DNA of 64,000 bases from Gracilinanus agilis (lineage: Eukaryota). Below the pieces are notes generated by a model. The model saw nothing but the letters and a program-made list of their open reading frames with translations. It was not told the origin of the DNA and ran no database searches. Every line of letters starts with the position of its first letter. The stretch's first letter is position 1. The translations under genes and the position numbers were made by a program. The stretch covers positions 309,045,891 to 309,109,890 of the forward strand of contig NC_058134.1 in NCBI RefSeq assembly GCF_016433145.1, in the 5' to 3' direction. This document shows positions 27,138 through 37,892 of the stretch, piece after piece.

Positions 27138-27527
27138 NNNNNNNNNNNNNNNNNNNNNNNNNNNNNNNNNNNNNNNNNNNNNNNNNNNNNNNNNNNNNNN
27201 NNNNNNNNNNNNNNNNNNNNNNNNNNNNNNNNNNNNNNNNNNNNNNNNNNNNNNNNNNNNNNNNNNNNNNNNNNNNNNNNNNNNNNNNNNNNNNNNNNNN
27301 NNNNNNNNNNNNNNNNNNNNNNNNNNNNNNNNNNNNNNNNNNNNNNNNNNNNNNNNNNNNNNNNNNNNNNNNNNNNNNNNNNNNNNNNNNNNNNNNNNNN
27401 NNNNNNNNNNNNNNNNNNNNNNNNNNNNNNNNNNNNNNNNNNNNNNNNNNNNNNNNNNNNNNNNNNNNNNNNNNNNNNNNNNNNNNNNNNNNNNNNNNNN
27501 NNNNNNNNNNNNNNNNNNNNNNNNNNN
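27138..27527. other. Assembly gap (390 N)
   Basis: Run of N directly after a G-tract. Confidence 0.99.
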
Positions 27528-27598
27528 AAGGACAGGCCCCCCCCTCCCCTGACTAGCCGTGGGGCCTTGGGTAAGTCACTTCCCGGGCGCCCCCCCAG

Positions 27599-27770
27599 CT
27601 CCAGAGGAAGTTCGGGCCGGTCTTCAGCGTGCACATCCTGTGGAGGCCGGTGGTGGTGCTGAGCGGGCCCGACGCCGTCCGGGAGGCCCTGGTGCACAGG
27701 TCCGAGGACACCTCCGGCCGGCCGCCCAGCCCCGTCTACGGCCACGTGGGCTTCGGCCCCGACGCCCAAG
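27599..27770 (+). CDS. CYP2D6: Cytochrome P450 2D (CYP2D6-like co-orthologue) exon 2
   Basis: LQRKFGPVFSVHILWRPVVVLSGPDAVREALVHRSEDTSGRPP...GFGPDAQG; 172 nt as in CYP2D6; GC donor AAG|gcgagt. Confidence 0.95.
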
Positions 27771-28228
27771 GCGAGTGCTTCTGGGCGCCTTCAGGGAGGG
27801 GGCAGCCCGCAGTGCAAAGGCCGGCGCCCGCCCCGGCCCTCGAGGCTCCATCGATCGCAGAGGGTCGGAGTCCAGCCACGTCAGCCGCGTGGCCCGGTGG
27901 GGGCCTCCCTCTTTTTTGCAGGCCTCCCCTTCTGCCCGCCGGTGCCAAGGCACGGGCCAGGGCACACACGCCCAGCAAGTGTCCCGGGGCAAATGCGAGC
28001 CCAGGCCGCCCTCTCAGGCCACCTTGGCAGCCTCGTGACCCTTCCGCCTTCCCCTCCCTCCCAGCAGCTCCCTGCTGCTAGGGACACGCTAGTGGGCGCC
28101 TCCTCCTCCATGCTGTCCTCCTGGGCCTCCTTCCTTCTGCCTCCCTCTCTGCCAGGATCTCTTCCTCCGCTGCCTCCGGGCCGCTCCCCCTCTGCCCTCA
28201 CTTGGAGGTCTCTTCCCTTCCCCCGCAG

Positions 28229-28381
28229 GCGTGGTGCTGGCCCAGTACGGGGAGGCCTGGAAGGAGCAGAGGAGGTTCTCCCTGAGCACCCTGAGGAACC
28301 TGGGCCTGGGGAAGCAGTCGCTGGAGCAGTGGGTGACCAGCGAGGCCGACTTCCTTTGCTCTGCCTTCGCCTCCAAGGAAG
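28229..28381 (+). CDS. CYP2D6: CYP2D exon 3
   Basis: [36 protein letters not shown] (WxxxR motif); 153 nt; AG/GT. Confidence 0.96.
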
Positions 28382-28450
28382 GTGGGTCCGGCCCGCGGGG
28401 GGGGGGGAGGGGGGCCCCCAAAGGCGCCCCCTGAATGGCTCTCCCCACAG

Positions 28451-28611
28451 GTCGGGCCTTTGACCCCAGCCACCTGCTGACCTGCTCCGTCACCAACGTG
28501 ATCTCCTCGCTGACCTACGCCACCCGCTTCGGCTACGACGACCCCAAGCTGCAGAGGCTCCTGGAGCTCCTCCAGCGCAGCCTCAGGGAGGACACGGGCC
28601 TGCTGCGAGAG
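28451..28611 (+). CDS. CYP2D6: CYP2D exon 4
   Basis: RAFDPSHLLTCSVTNVISSLTYATRFGYDDPKLQRLLELLQRSLREDTGLLRE; 161 nt. Confidence 0.96.
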
Positions 28612-28687
28612 GTACCTGGGCCGCTCGGGGGCAGCCCGGCCCGCAGGCGGGGCCGGCCGTGACGGCGCGTCTCCCTGTGCCCGCCAG

Positions 28688-28861
28688 GTGGTGAACGAGG
28701 TCCCGGCGCTCCTGCGCGTCCCGGGCCTGGCCCGCAGGCTCTTCGGAGCCCTCAAGGGCCTGCTGGACATCCTGGACGAGTTCTTGGAAGAGCACAAGGC
28801 GGCCTGGGACCCCGCCCAGCCCCGGGACCTGACCGACGCTTTCCTGCTGGAGATGGAGAAG
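28688..28861 (+). CDS. CYP2D6: CYP2D exon 5
   Basis: VVNEVPALLRVPGLA...WDPAQPRDLTDAFLLEMEK; 174 nt, one codon shorter than human. Confidence 0.96.
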
Positions 28862-28955
28862 GTGAGGGGCCGCCCCGCCGGCCGGGGGAGGGAGAAGGCC
28901 CCCGAGGCCCCCCGGGGCCCTGCGGCCTTCCTGCCCGCCCCCTCTTTCCTCCCAG

Positions 28956-29097
28956 GCGAAGGGGACCCCGGGGAGCAGCTTCAACCCTGCAAACCTCCGC
29001 ATGGTCATAGGGGACCTGTTCACCGCGGGCATGGTGACCAGCGCGACCACCCTGCGATGGGCCCTGCTGCTCCTGCTCCGCCACCCCGATGTCCAGC
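28956..29097 (+). CDS. CYP2D6: CYP2D exon 6 (I-helix, [10 protein letters not shown])
   Basis: 142 nt; AG/GT; catalytic Thr and the Asp301 equivalent retained. Confidence 0.96.
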
Positions 29098-29559
29098 GTG
29101 AGCCCAACGGGCCGGGCCGGGGGGGGGGCAGAACCCAAGAGGTCCGGTGCCCGGCTCCCCCCGGACTCGGAAGCTACTGGAGGGCATTTCCCAGATGAGA
29201 AAGTCACACAGCCAGGAAGAAGGGACTTCACGGAGGCCTCCTGGGGAGTCACCCTGAGACCCTCCCTCAGTCCGAGAATCCCGTCTAGGCGGAAGGGCTG
29301 GGCAGTGGGGGTGAAGGGACTGGCCCAGGGTCACCCAGCCTCCCACCTCTGCTGCCCGGGCTCACGCCGCTCCTGGGGGTCCGAGGCCAGACTCCCCCAC
29401 ATCTGGTGCCCCGGAGGCCCTTCGGCACCCGCGCTTCCTCCCGCGGCCCCCGAGGACGCTTTCTGAGAAGGGCGAGACAAATGGGTCCCCCCAATGCCAG
29501 CTCTTCCCCGAGCTGCCCCAAGGGCTTTACGGGTTTTGTCTGGGGCACCGAGGTGGCAG

Positions 29560-29680
29560 GAGGTCCTGGTTCCAATCTGGCCCCAGAAGCTGCCTCGCTG
29601 GGTGACCCTGGCCAGGTCACTCGCCCCTCACTGCCTAGCCCTGACCGCTCTTCTGCCTTGAGACCGAGAGGGAAGGGAAG
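29560..29680 (+). mobile_element. SINE1_Mdo-like SINE in CYP2D intron 6
   Basis: Core motifs; degenerate tail. Confidence 0.65.
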
Positions 29681-30430
29681 GCTAAAAAGAGGCACCGAGG
29701 AGCCAGCCGGGATGGGGGAGGGGCCACTCGTGGAGATGCCACAGAGTGGATTCCTTCACGTGTGCTGTGGATCAAATGGCCGCCAAGGTTCCTTCTGTTT
29801 CCCAGTCTGTGGTTCTGGCCTGGGCTTCCCCCGTGGCTGAACGGAGGCTGGACAAGACCTGGGGATGGACCCGAGGGCTCGGGATGGCTGGTCCGAGGGC
29901 TAGTGCAGGCGTCCCACGGGGCGGCCCTGGGGCCTGAGCTGGGGGGAGATGGGGGGTGCTCTCAGGGATGGCAGGTTCCCCACCGGAGGCCTTGAGGACA
30001 GGACAGAGGACCGGGCATCCTCCCCTGGCCTCAGCCTTCCTGCTTGCCCGGGCTTTCGTGCCAGCCACGGTGCCCCAGGACGTGGGGGGGGCAGAGCAGG
30101 GGATGGAAACGCATTCCCTAAGGAGGGCTGCCCTAAAGCAGACTGGCTGGTCTAGGGAGCCTGGACCAGAAAGCCTCGGGGCCCCTTGCCCTAAGCTAGA
30201 AGCCTCCACGTGCCTCTAGGAACTGGGCCGACTGCTGGCCATACGAAGGGAGGCCACTTTCCGGGGGGACGAGCCCCAGAGGGCCCTGCCCCGTGTCCTG
30301 CAGGCGACCACATGTTTGAGCGTGGGCGTGGCTCGTGCCCAGGGGCCGGCCCCAAACTGAACCGCGCGTCTCCCTCCTTGGACGCCCCAAACCGCCCCCC
30401 CCCCGGCCTCACCTTCGTCGTTCTCTCCAG

Positions 30431-30618
30431 GCAAGGTCCAGGAGGAAGTGGACGCGGTGATCGGCCGGAGCCGGAGGCCCACCATGAAGGACCAGGCCCG
30501 CATGCCCTTCACCAGTGCCGTGATCCACGAGGTTCAGCGTTTCGGAGACATCGTTCCCCTCGGCGTCCCCCACATGACGACCCGGGACACCGAGATCCAG
30601 GGCTTCCTCATCCCTAAG
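30431..30618 (+). CDS. CYP2D6: CYP2D exon 7 (ExxR motif, [11 protein letters not shown])
   Basis: 188 nt; ctccag|GC and AAG|gtaccc. Confidence 0.96.
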
Positions 30619-30938
30619 GTACCCCGCCTGCCCCACGCCCTCGCCCCCACGAGCTCAGCAGGCCGGCCGGGGGCAAGGTCAGCCTGGGCGAGAGACGCCC
30701 CCTGCGTGCAGTGCGTCTAATGGCCCCAAACCCTTTGCCTGGCTGGGCCTCCTTTTCCTTGCATCCGAGGCGCAGGGCTGCACCCAGCTGGCCCAAGTGG
30801 CCTCCCTGGCCTGGGGTCCCTTCCAGAGGGCCCCCTCTCAGGGCAGCCCCTGGCTGCGAGCGGGGGAGAAAGAAGGGAGTCCGGGCGGCCCGGCCAGGCT
30901 CCCCCTCCTCACGGCCTTTTCCCGGGGCTGCCCTTTAG

Positions 30939-31080
30939 GGGACCACGCTCATCACCAACCTGTCCTCGGTGCTCAAAGACGAAGCCACCTGGGAGCAGCC
31001 TTACCGATTCTACCCCGAGCACTTCCTGGATGCTGAAGGCCGCTTTGTGAAGCCGGAAGCCTTCATGCCTTTCTCTGCGG
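30939..31080 (+). CDS. CYP2D6: CYP2D exon 8 ([15 protein letters not shown]...PEHFLD...PFSAG)
   Basis: 142 nt; AG/GT. Confidence 0.96.
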
Positions 31081-32865
31081 GTACGGGGAGCAGGAGGTGG
31101 GGGAAGGTGGCCTTCAGGGCCTAAAGGCCAGGGGATGAGCTCCTATGGCAACAGAGCATGCGGAGGCAGGAGATTGGTCTTCAAATTCCACCCCTTAACC
31201 CCCTTGGCAGCCAGGCCTGGGACAAGCACCCATTAACTTCTCTGAGCCTCAGTTTTCTCATTTGTGCAATGGGGATGATCACACCTGCCATGCCTGACCC
31301 CACGAGCACTAGAGAAACAGAACCTGGGGCAGAGGGAGCTCTGCACCAAAGATTGGTGCCCATCTTTCCTCCCCGATTTTCGCCACGGGCAAAGCTCAGG
31401 ATGTGGCCCTGGCCGTTAATTAGGGGAGGAGACAGGACGCCCAAGAGGGAAGCCAGAGCCATCACTAAGCATCCTGGCCCCAGGGGCCCTGGAGAGATAG
31501 TCCAACTGGAGCAGTGCAGGGAGTCTGGAAAGGGGGGGACCAGCTCCTCTCTCCTCTTGCCAGACCCCTCTGGCCCCAAGCTCTACTCCCTTGCCCTCTC
31601 CCATGGCCCACCTTCCCCCAAGCCCAGAGGAAAAGTATGCCCTAAAGCTGGAGCAAGCCTCTGCGGGCCCACCCCAGTTAGGGCTTTGGCACAACAAAAG
31701 GGAAGGGTGCTGGCGAGGATTCTGGGGTGGAGGAGCTCAGCCGAAGCTGCAGGGGAAGGAAGGCCTTGAACAAATGGGGAGGATCTAAATGGATGGAGAG
31801 GAGCCTTGATTTAAAGCCAAGAGGGACCTCAGAGTTATTGAGCCAAAGGCCCTCACTTAACAAATGGGGAAACTGAGGCACAGCGGTCAGGTCACTTGCT
31901 CAAGGTAATGAGTGGCCGAGGCAGGATCTGAATCCAAGACTCTGAGTCGGCGAGCCTTGTGCTCTTCCACATTTCCAAGGGTTTCCTAAAGGAATCTCCA
32001 AGCCATAAGCTAAGGGTTTGGATTCACTCTGTCTTTCCTAGCCCAGACTATGAGAGCTGCCTTCATTCTTCCCATTACTCCCTTGCCCTCTGAAGGAGGA
32101 GCCGGAAGGTTCAAGGAGAGGGAGCAAAGACTAGGGAGAAGAGGGAGCTGGGGCGAGGAGAACAGTTCCAAGCATGTTGATCAGGTCCGGTCCTGAGCAG
32201 GACCAGGTGATCTCGGAGGCCCGTCCCTTCTCCCTCCAGTATTGGGGGCTCCCAAAGAGAAAAGTGGGGGAGAAGTAAGGGCGGGCCAGGAAGAGGACGA
32301 GGAGAGATCAGGAAGGCCAGTTCTTAGCCTTAGGTTTCTTGGACCATTGAAAATTTGCCAAGGACGGGGCTATTGGGAAACCCTGGAGCCCACAGCCAGC
32401 CTCCCTCCCTGCCCATTCCATCTGTTTTAAATAGGGTTCACATCACAAAAGCTCCCCTTCTCAACCATCTTTTGGCTTTGTTGTATAAAATGAGGGTTCC
32501 CATAATGCAAAGCAGGTGGGACTGAGACAGGAAGGAGCTTCGAGGCAGTAGGAAGCAGGTGGCTCAGTTTCCTCATCTGAAAATGGGCAAGTTGGACTTG
32601 TTAACAGGCTTCTAATCTTTAATCTCGTGACTTTGGCCCTTGGCTCAGACGCTTGCTAGCAGCGTGGCCTTGGGTTCAGTTTCTCTATCTCTAAAATGAG
32701 GGGGGTTGGACCTGGCTTTTAAGGCCCCTTCTAGCTCTAAATATGTGCTCCCTTGGGAGAACCAGTCAGAGGGGACCTGGGAGGTTGGGACATCTTCTCC
32801 CAGGCAGCGGCAGAGACTCCTGGGCCTCACATTCTCCCACCTTCACGCTTGCCTCTCTCATGCAG

Positions 32866-33044
32866 GCCGCCGGGTGTGCCTAGGGGAGCCACTGGCCAAG
32901 ATGGAACTGTTCCTCTTTTTCACTTGCCTGCTGCAGGATTTCTCCTTTGTCCTGCCTCCGGGGCACTCCAAGCCCAGTGACAAGGCAGAGGTCTCCTTTC
33001 TCTCAGCCCCACAGCCCTTCGAGCTCTGTGCAGTGCCCAGATAG
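32866..33044 (+). CDS. CYP2D6: CYP2D exon 9 (heme ligand, GRRVCLGE...ELCAVPR*)
   Basis: 179 nt including TAG; FxxGxxxCxG motif completed across the exon 8/9 junction. Confidence 0.96.
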
Positions 33045-33187
33045 GAGAGCTGCCTGCCTGCACAGGATGATCCCAACAACCCTGTCTCCACCATCACCTT
33101 TCACTGACCTGCCTCCTCTCCCCTTCTTTACCTGCATGACCTCCTCCTCCCCTCGGGCTAAGGGAGCACAGCTCTGACATTCCAGGG

Positions 33188-33193
33188 AATAAA
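33188..33193 (+). terminator. Probable CYP2D polyadenylation signal
   Basis: First AATAAA after the stop, about 145 nt downstream. Confidence 0.7.
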
Positions 33194-34592
33194 CTACCTT
33201 CTCGGCTCTTGCTGCCTGCCTTGAATCTTGGGGGCGCCGCAGGGAGGAGCGTGGCCAGATCTATGTTACCGGGGAGTGAATGGGATAGTAGAACTGGAAG
33301 GAGCCCTTTGGGAGGATCATTGAGTCCAACCCCCTCTTTCCAGAGAAGGAAACACTGGCCTAGTTAAGTGATTCACCCAAGGCCACACAGCTGGCAAGTA
33401 CCAGGGCTGCCCACAGCTCCTCCAAAGCCTGTGCTCCTCCTACCAAGCTAGGCTGCTTCGCCCTCCTCTGTGCAGTGGCAGGGTTGGGTTAAATGATCTC
33501 TTCTGGAGCTAGGAATCTACTGGTGAACAGGCAGGGGGTGCCGTTCTCCACAGGGCCTTCCCATGGGCCCGTGACAGCAGCCAGCACCACCGTGCCCTGG
33601 AAATCGTCACGCCACCCCCTGGATGGACTTTGTTGGGGAGGAGGCTGATGTGGTGGAATCTATGCCCTGGGAGTGGGGAAGAGCCTTGAGCCAAGGAAGC
33701 CAAAAGCTTTTACAGTAGTCCTGGGAAGGCGCGAGAAAAGGCTTTCCTGGCCTCAGTGGGCAGCAGACATAACAAGAGTGACCTAAGTGCAGAGTGAAGA
33801 CCAAGGAAGAACCCCCCTGGTGGGGACCTAGGACACCCTGAACTGGAGATCGGAGAGGGTCTAAGCCAATCCCCTCAATTTACAGATGAGGAAACTGAGG
33901 TCCAGGGAGGCCGGTTTAGCCGTGTCTTCAGATGAGAGTCAGAATCAGGGGCCTAATCTAAGCAAGTGAGCGTTCCATACCGTACCCAAACCAAAAATCC
34001 TCACCATTAATTAAAAGCGTCTGCTGCGAGTATAGCCACATGGGGGCAGGGCAGGCCCAGGCCTGGGAGGGGGGCTGGGATTCCTAGGCCAGTGTCAGTC
34101 AGGAGGTACCTTTCACCCAGTTGTGGCCAGCAGAGGGCCTTGGACAGCACATCTGGGGAAGGTGGGGCACGGCATGACTCAAAGAAGGCAGAAGAAGAAT
34201 TAGCCCCGCAGGGAGAGGCCTGAAACCACTGACCCAGGAAGTGGCAGAGGCAAGCTCTGAACCCCTCTTCCTAGCTTTGAGGCCGGCTCTCCAGCTCGGC
34301 CGTCAGAATGGCCTCTCGCCTCCAGAGACACAAGTGGCTGAAGCAGAATGGGACACGGGGAGGGCTGCCCCATGGAAGGTTTGTCAAAGGCATTCAAAGC
34401 CTTGGGGAGAGCAGACTTCAGAGATAGAAACTGGGGCGGCTGCTTTGGTCTGGGCTGAAGGTGGGGGCAGGCAAGGGGAAGACCTGTGACCTGGGGCTCT
34501 TTGGTCCTTCTTGCCCCGACGCACCCCCCAGTCAAGTGACAGACTCAGCCAGGTACAGGTGTGCACCCCGACGATGGCATTTCCATTCAGGC

Positions 34593-34598
34593 TTTATT
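34593..34598 (-). terminator. Polyadenylation signal of the unassigned minus-strand gene
   Basis: AATAAA on the minus strand 12 nt after the predicted TAA. Confidence 0.75.
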
Positions 34599-34610
34599 GA
34601 GCGGCCCTGC

Positions 34611-34714
34611 TTAGTGGTTCTGGGTCTTGGGGAGGTTGGGATCGGAGAACCAGTCTACCCAGAACCCTCGGAGGAGCTGTGTGACCCAGCTAGGCCCTGT
34701 GTCCATGGTGGGTT
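34611..34714 (-). CDS. Unassigned 8-exon gene, coding exon 8 (E)PTMDTGPSWVTQLLRGFWVDWFSDPNLPKTQNH*
   Basis: Acceptor cccaccttgccttttcag with CTGAC upstream; phase 1; open to TAA. Confidence 0.78.
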
Positions 34715-34898
34715 CTGAAAAGGCAAGGTGGGAGGCTCGTCAGCCCTGCTTTGGGGAGCCCAGGGAGGGGTCCTAGAGTGCAGCTCATGGGGTGCAGGAA
34801 CCCCCCCCCCGGGTGATGGTAAGGCCCGGGAGCCCTGGCGCCCCTCCCCAGTGCCCAGGAGAACTCATGGCCACGTGGGGTCGGGGTGCTGGCCTTAC

Positions 34899-34941
34899 CG
34901 GCTCCATAGACTGCAGCCTCCTTCTGCACCAGTTTATCTTC
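34899..34941 (-). CDS. Unassigned gene, coding exon 7 (EDKLVQKEAAVYGA)
   Basis: ctctttctttgtcccgcag| ... CCG|gtaagg; 43 nt; phase 0 to 1. Confidence 0.78.
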
Positions 34942-36042
34942 CTGCGGGACAAAGAAAGAGCCGGTTGAGGAAGCCGAGGCCTGGCTGGCCATGAGATTGC
35001 CACGTGGCCTTGGCCAAGTCACTTCCCCCTCCCCCAGGGAGGATGAGCATTGTGGGGGCACAGACAGACCTATCCCACCCTGCCAGCCTCTGCCCAGCCT
35101 GGCAACAATCTGACAAAAGGACATCAGTTGTGCGCTTGCGCTTGCTTTCCACACGTCGCCTCATCCAGGCGTGACTCTTCCCACATTCCACCGTCCTGCC
35201 AGCCCTCTCCAAAGACGCTCCATTTCTCATCTCGGTGCCTTTGCTCGCCTCTGCCTCAGTCTGTCTCTCCAGCTCCCTGGCCTCGGGGCCCAGCACGGGC
35301 CTGGCACGCAGCAGGAGCTGAACACCTTGTGAGGGTTTTCTCTGGGCCTCGCCAGATCTTCTGCTGGCGGGTGTTTTAGCTCCCCACGGCCCCCCCCTGC
35401 CAGTGATGGGGGCTGCCTCTGGGGGAGGTCTGGAACTTGCCAGAGACCTGGGTTCAAGCTCTTGCGCCTCAGCAGCAAGCAGTGTGACCTTAGTCAGGTC
35501 CCTTTCACTGTCTGGGCCTCAGTTTCTCTCGGCCTGAAACGGCCTCAAATCCCTGTGACCCCATGACCTGTGGAGTGTTTCCCCACAAGGCACCCCTCTT
35601 GGTGAGCAGGAAAGCCACCCGTTTCCCTTAAAACATAGAGAAATGGGGGTTCCTGGGCTCTGGGGTGGCGGGCTCCATTGCCGACCTTCATCCATCCATT
35701 CACAGACCCTGGCACAGACCAAGGGAAGCCTCAGCACGCTCCATGGAGGCCATCCTAGGCCCCAGGCCGAGGCCTCCCCAGTTCAGCAGAGCCTTAAGGC
35801 CCGGAGAGCCCCGAGAGGCCGGGGCCCCCTCCATCAGGAGAACTCTCCATGTCCTCCAACACAAACACCCCCCGCAGACGTCCGGTGCCCCCATTTTACA
35901 GCTGAGCACGCTGAGGCCCACAAAGGCATCAACAGGAACATCTGAACCCAGGCCTCCTGGCTCCAAATTCTCAGTGTGCCCTTTGTGTCTGCAGGAAGCC
36001 CTCCGGAGCCCCTGCTGCCTGCTGCCTGGGCTTCTCCCTCAC

Positions 36043-36162
36043 CTCCGGGGCTGGGCTCGGCTCCTCCTCTTTGCCCTTGAAGTCCTCCGGGTCCTTCGGG
36101 TCCTTTGGGTCCTCAGGAGCAGCCATCATTGGGCTCATGACTTTGGGAGTCCTCTGGGAAGG
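36043..36162 (-). CDS. Unassigned gene, coding exon 6 (PSQRTPKVMSPMMAAPEDPKDPKDPEDFKGKEEEPSPAPE)
   Basis: ctgacttcctctcag| ... GAG|gtgagg; 120 nt; phase 0/0. Confidence 0.78.
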
Positions 36163-36313
36163 CTGAGAGGAAGTCAGACAAGCCCTGAGGCCAGGCCAAG
36201 GTCTGAGGGCACCCCTCCCCCCCGCCCTGCCCTGAAAGGGAGTGAGTCTCCTGTCACCAGATGTGTCTCCGGGCGGCCGGAGGAGCATCGAGGAGCCTTA
36301 GGGTCCCCCTTAC

Positions 36314-36352
36314 CAGCTTCGCTCGCCATTTAAGGTTCTCGGTTCTGTGGTT
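36314..36352 (-). CDS. Unassigned gene, coding exon 5 (NHRTENLKWRAKL)
   Basis: ctgaccctttctgttctggctctccacag| ... CTG|gtaagg; 39 nt; phase 0/0. Confidence 0.75.
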
Positions 36353-36454
36353 CTGTGGAGAGCCAGAACAGAAAGGGTCAGAGAAGGGGGACCCCCCATG
36401 CACCCCCAAATCAAGCCCTCAGCCCTCCCCAGCGCCCCCCCTCCAGGCTCTTAC

Positions 36455-36517
36455 CCAGGTCACTGGATAGCACTTATCTTCAGGCCCCCACACAGGCCTC
36501 AAGGTCTCCCCTATGCA
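36455..36517 (-). CDS. Unassigned gene, coding exon 4 (CIGETLRPVWGPEDKCYPVTW)
   Basis: cttcccttctcttccccccag| ... TGG|gtaaga; 63 nt; only phase 0 is open. Confidence 0.75.
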
Positions 36518-36873
36518 CTGGGGGGAAGAGAAGGGAAGTAGGCCCAGGGCTGCAGGCGCCCCTTCCCTCCCAGAGGGTGGCCCCTTCCCCGCATCTCCAC
36601 AACCACCATGAGGGGCTTCCAAAAGAAATGTTTAAAAGGGGCCTTCAAGTCCAGCCTAAGATATTTCCTGGCTGAGTGTCCCTAGGCAAGTCACTTGCCC
36701 CCCACTACTTCACCCTGACTGCTCTCCTGCAACACAGACATGGCGGAGGGGCTGGACACTTCCTACGTGACCAAAGTCACTTTGCCTCAGTTTCTTCCTC
36801 TGTCTAATGGGGTAGTCACTGGGGCTGGTACCTGCCTTGCCTGACTGCCCGAGCAGAGGGACGCAGGCCCTAC

Positions 36874-36950
36874 CTGTGTGTCCATTAGGGTCCCGTGCTT
36901 ATCCTCAGAGGCTTTCTCGGGTCTTCCGTGGAAGAAATAATAGACCATGC
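36874..36950 (-). CDS. Unassigned gene, coding exon 3 ((G)MVYYFFHGRPEKASEDKHGTLMDTQ)
   Basis: ctgacccgcttttctccctctgccctggctgcag| ... CAG|gtaggg; 77 nt; phase 1 to 0. Confidence 0.78.
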
Positions 36951-37369
36951 CTGCAGCCAGGGCAGAGGGAGAAAAGCGGGTCAGGCCCTGGCATCTCGGG
37001 GCAGCTGGGAGGGAGCAAGAGGCCTCAGAGTCTGTCCCTGAGGCCCAGCGAGAGCCCCAGAGGAGGGAAAACCCTTGTCTCCTGCTGCCAAGCCTGCAGG
37101 CTCGCATTCGTGGCCAGGGCCTGCTGCGTGCCAGCTGTGCCCATCAAGGCCCACTGCCCGGGAGACAAAGCCAAGAGCCAGCCCCTTCGTGCCCTCCCAA
37201 AGCTTCCACTGTGGCAGGTGCTCTGGCCTGGACAAGGATGGGGCCGGCCCTGCGGCCACAACTGGAGCTCAAGGACCTCCTGGAGAGCCCATGCTTACGT
37301 TTTCAGGGGGTGCCTGATGCAAATCGGGTCTGGATCGATCGTGTGTTTATTTCTAGACTTTCCAATCAG

Positions 37370-37503
37370 AGGTCTTGGGTTCAGATCCAGCCTCAGACAC
37401 TTCCTAGCTGTGGGACCCTGGGCCAGTGCCTTAATTTAACCCCCTTGCCTGGCCCTTACCTCTCTGCTGCCCTGGAGCCCGTAGTCGCATGGAAGGTAAG
37501 AGG
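37370..37503 (+). mobile_element. SINE1_Mdo-like SINE
   Basis: CCTCAGACACTTCCTAGCTG core; GGAAGGTAAG tail. Confidence 0.75.
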
Positions 37504-37848
37504 GTCACGGAGGTATTGGGGGGGGGATGTTAAAATAGGAACAATGAAATATTGGTAGTGGAACGAGCGCCGAGTCGGAGGCAGAAGAGCTGCATTCAGC
37601 CTCAGCCCTGCCAATATTCGCTCCTGGAATGTCCTTAGACAAACATCTTGAGCCTCAGTCTCCCCCTCTGTGAAGTCACGTCGCTTCACCCCAAGGCCTT
37701 GGGGGCTCTCACGGCTCTACAGCCCCCCAGATGGGTCACCTTCCTGCTGGCCAGGACCACCCCCCATAGGACCACTCCAGGACCGGCCGAGCCACAGCAA
37801 GCCCCTGGTCCGGGCACCTGAGGGCGAGGGCCTTGGCGGCTTCCTCAC

Positions 37849-37892
37849 CTGCCAGTATAAAAAGCTGCATCACATACAGGGACTTGGAAACT
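37849..37892 (-). CDS. Unassigned gene, coding exon 2 ((R)VSKSLYVMQLFILA(G)), first half of predicted TM helix
   Basis: ctgaccgtcctttcttttccag| ... CAG|gtgagg; 44 nt; phase 2 to 1. Confidence 0.78.

Noticed and set aside
26960-27769. ORFs spanning the first N gap
   Set aside because: Artefacts of translating N.
36058-36111. Collagen-like GPKGPEGPGGLQGQRG in an alternative frame of new-gene exon 6
   Set aside because: By-product of the 9-nt repeat; preceded by TGA and closed by TAA early in the next exon.
36314-36329. ATG GCG AGC GAA GCT G (MASEA) as a gene start
   Set aside because: Out of frame with the spliced ORF; gives only a 21-aa peptide. The exon has its own strong acceptor and is open in phase 0.
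36500-36517. BH3-like CIGET resembling BIK (ACIGDEM)
   Set aside because: Lacks the invariant Asp and the upstream Leu; topology does not fit.
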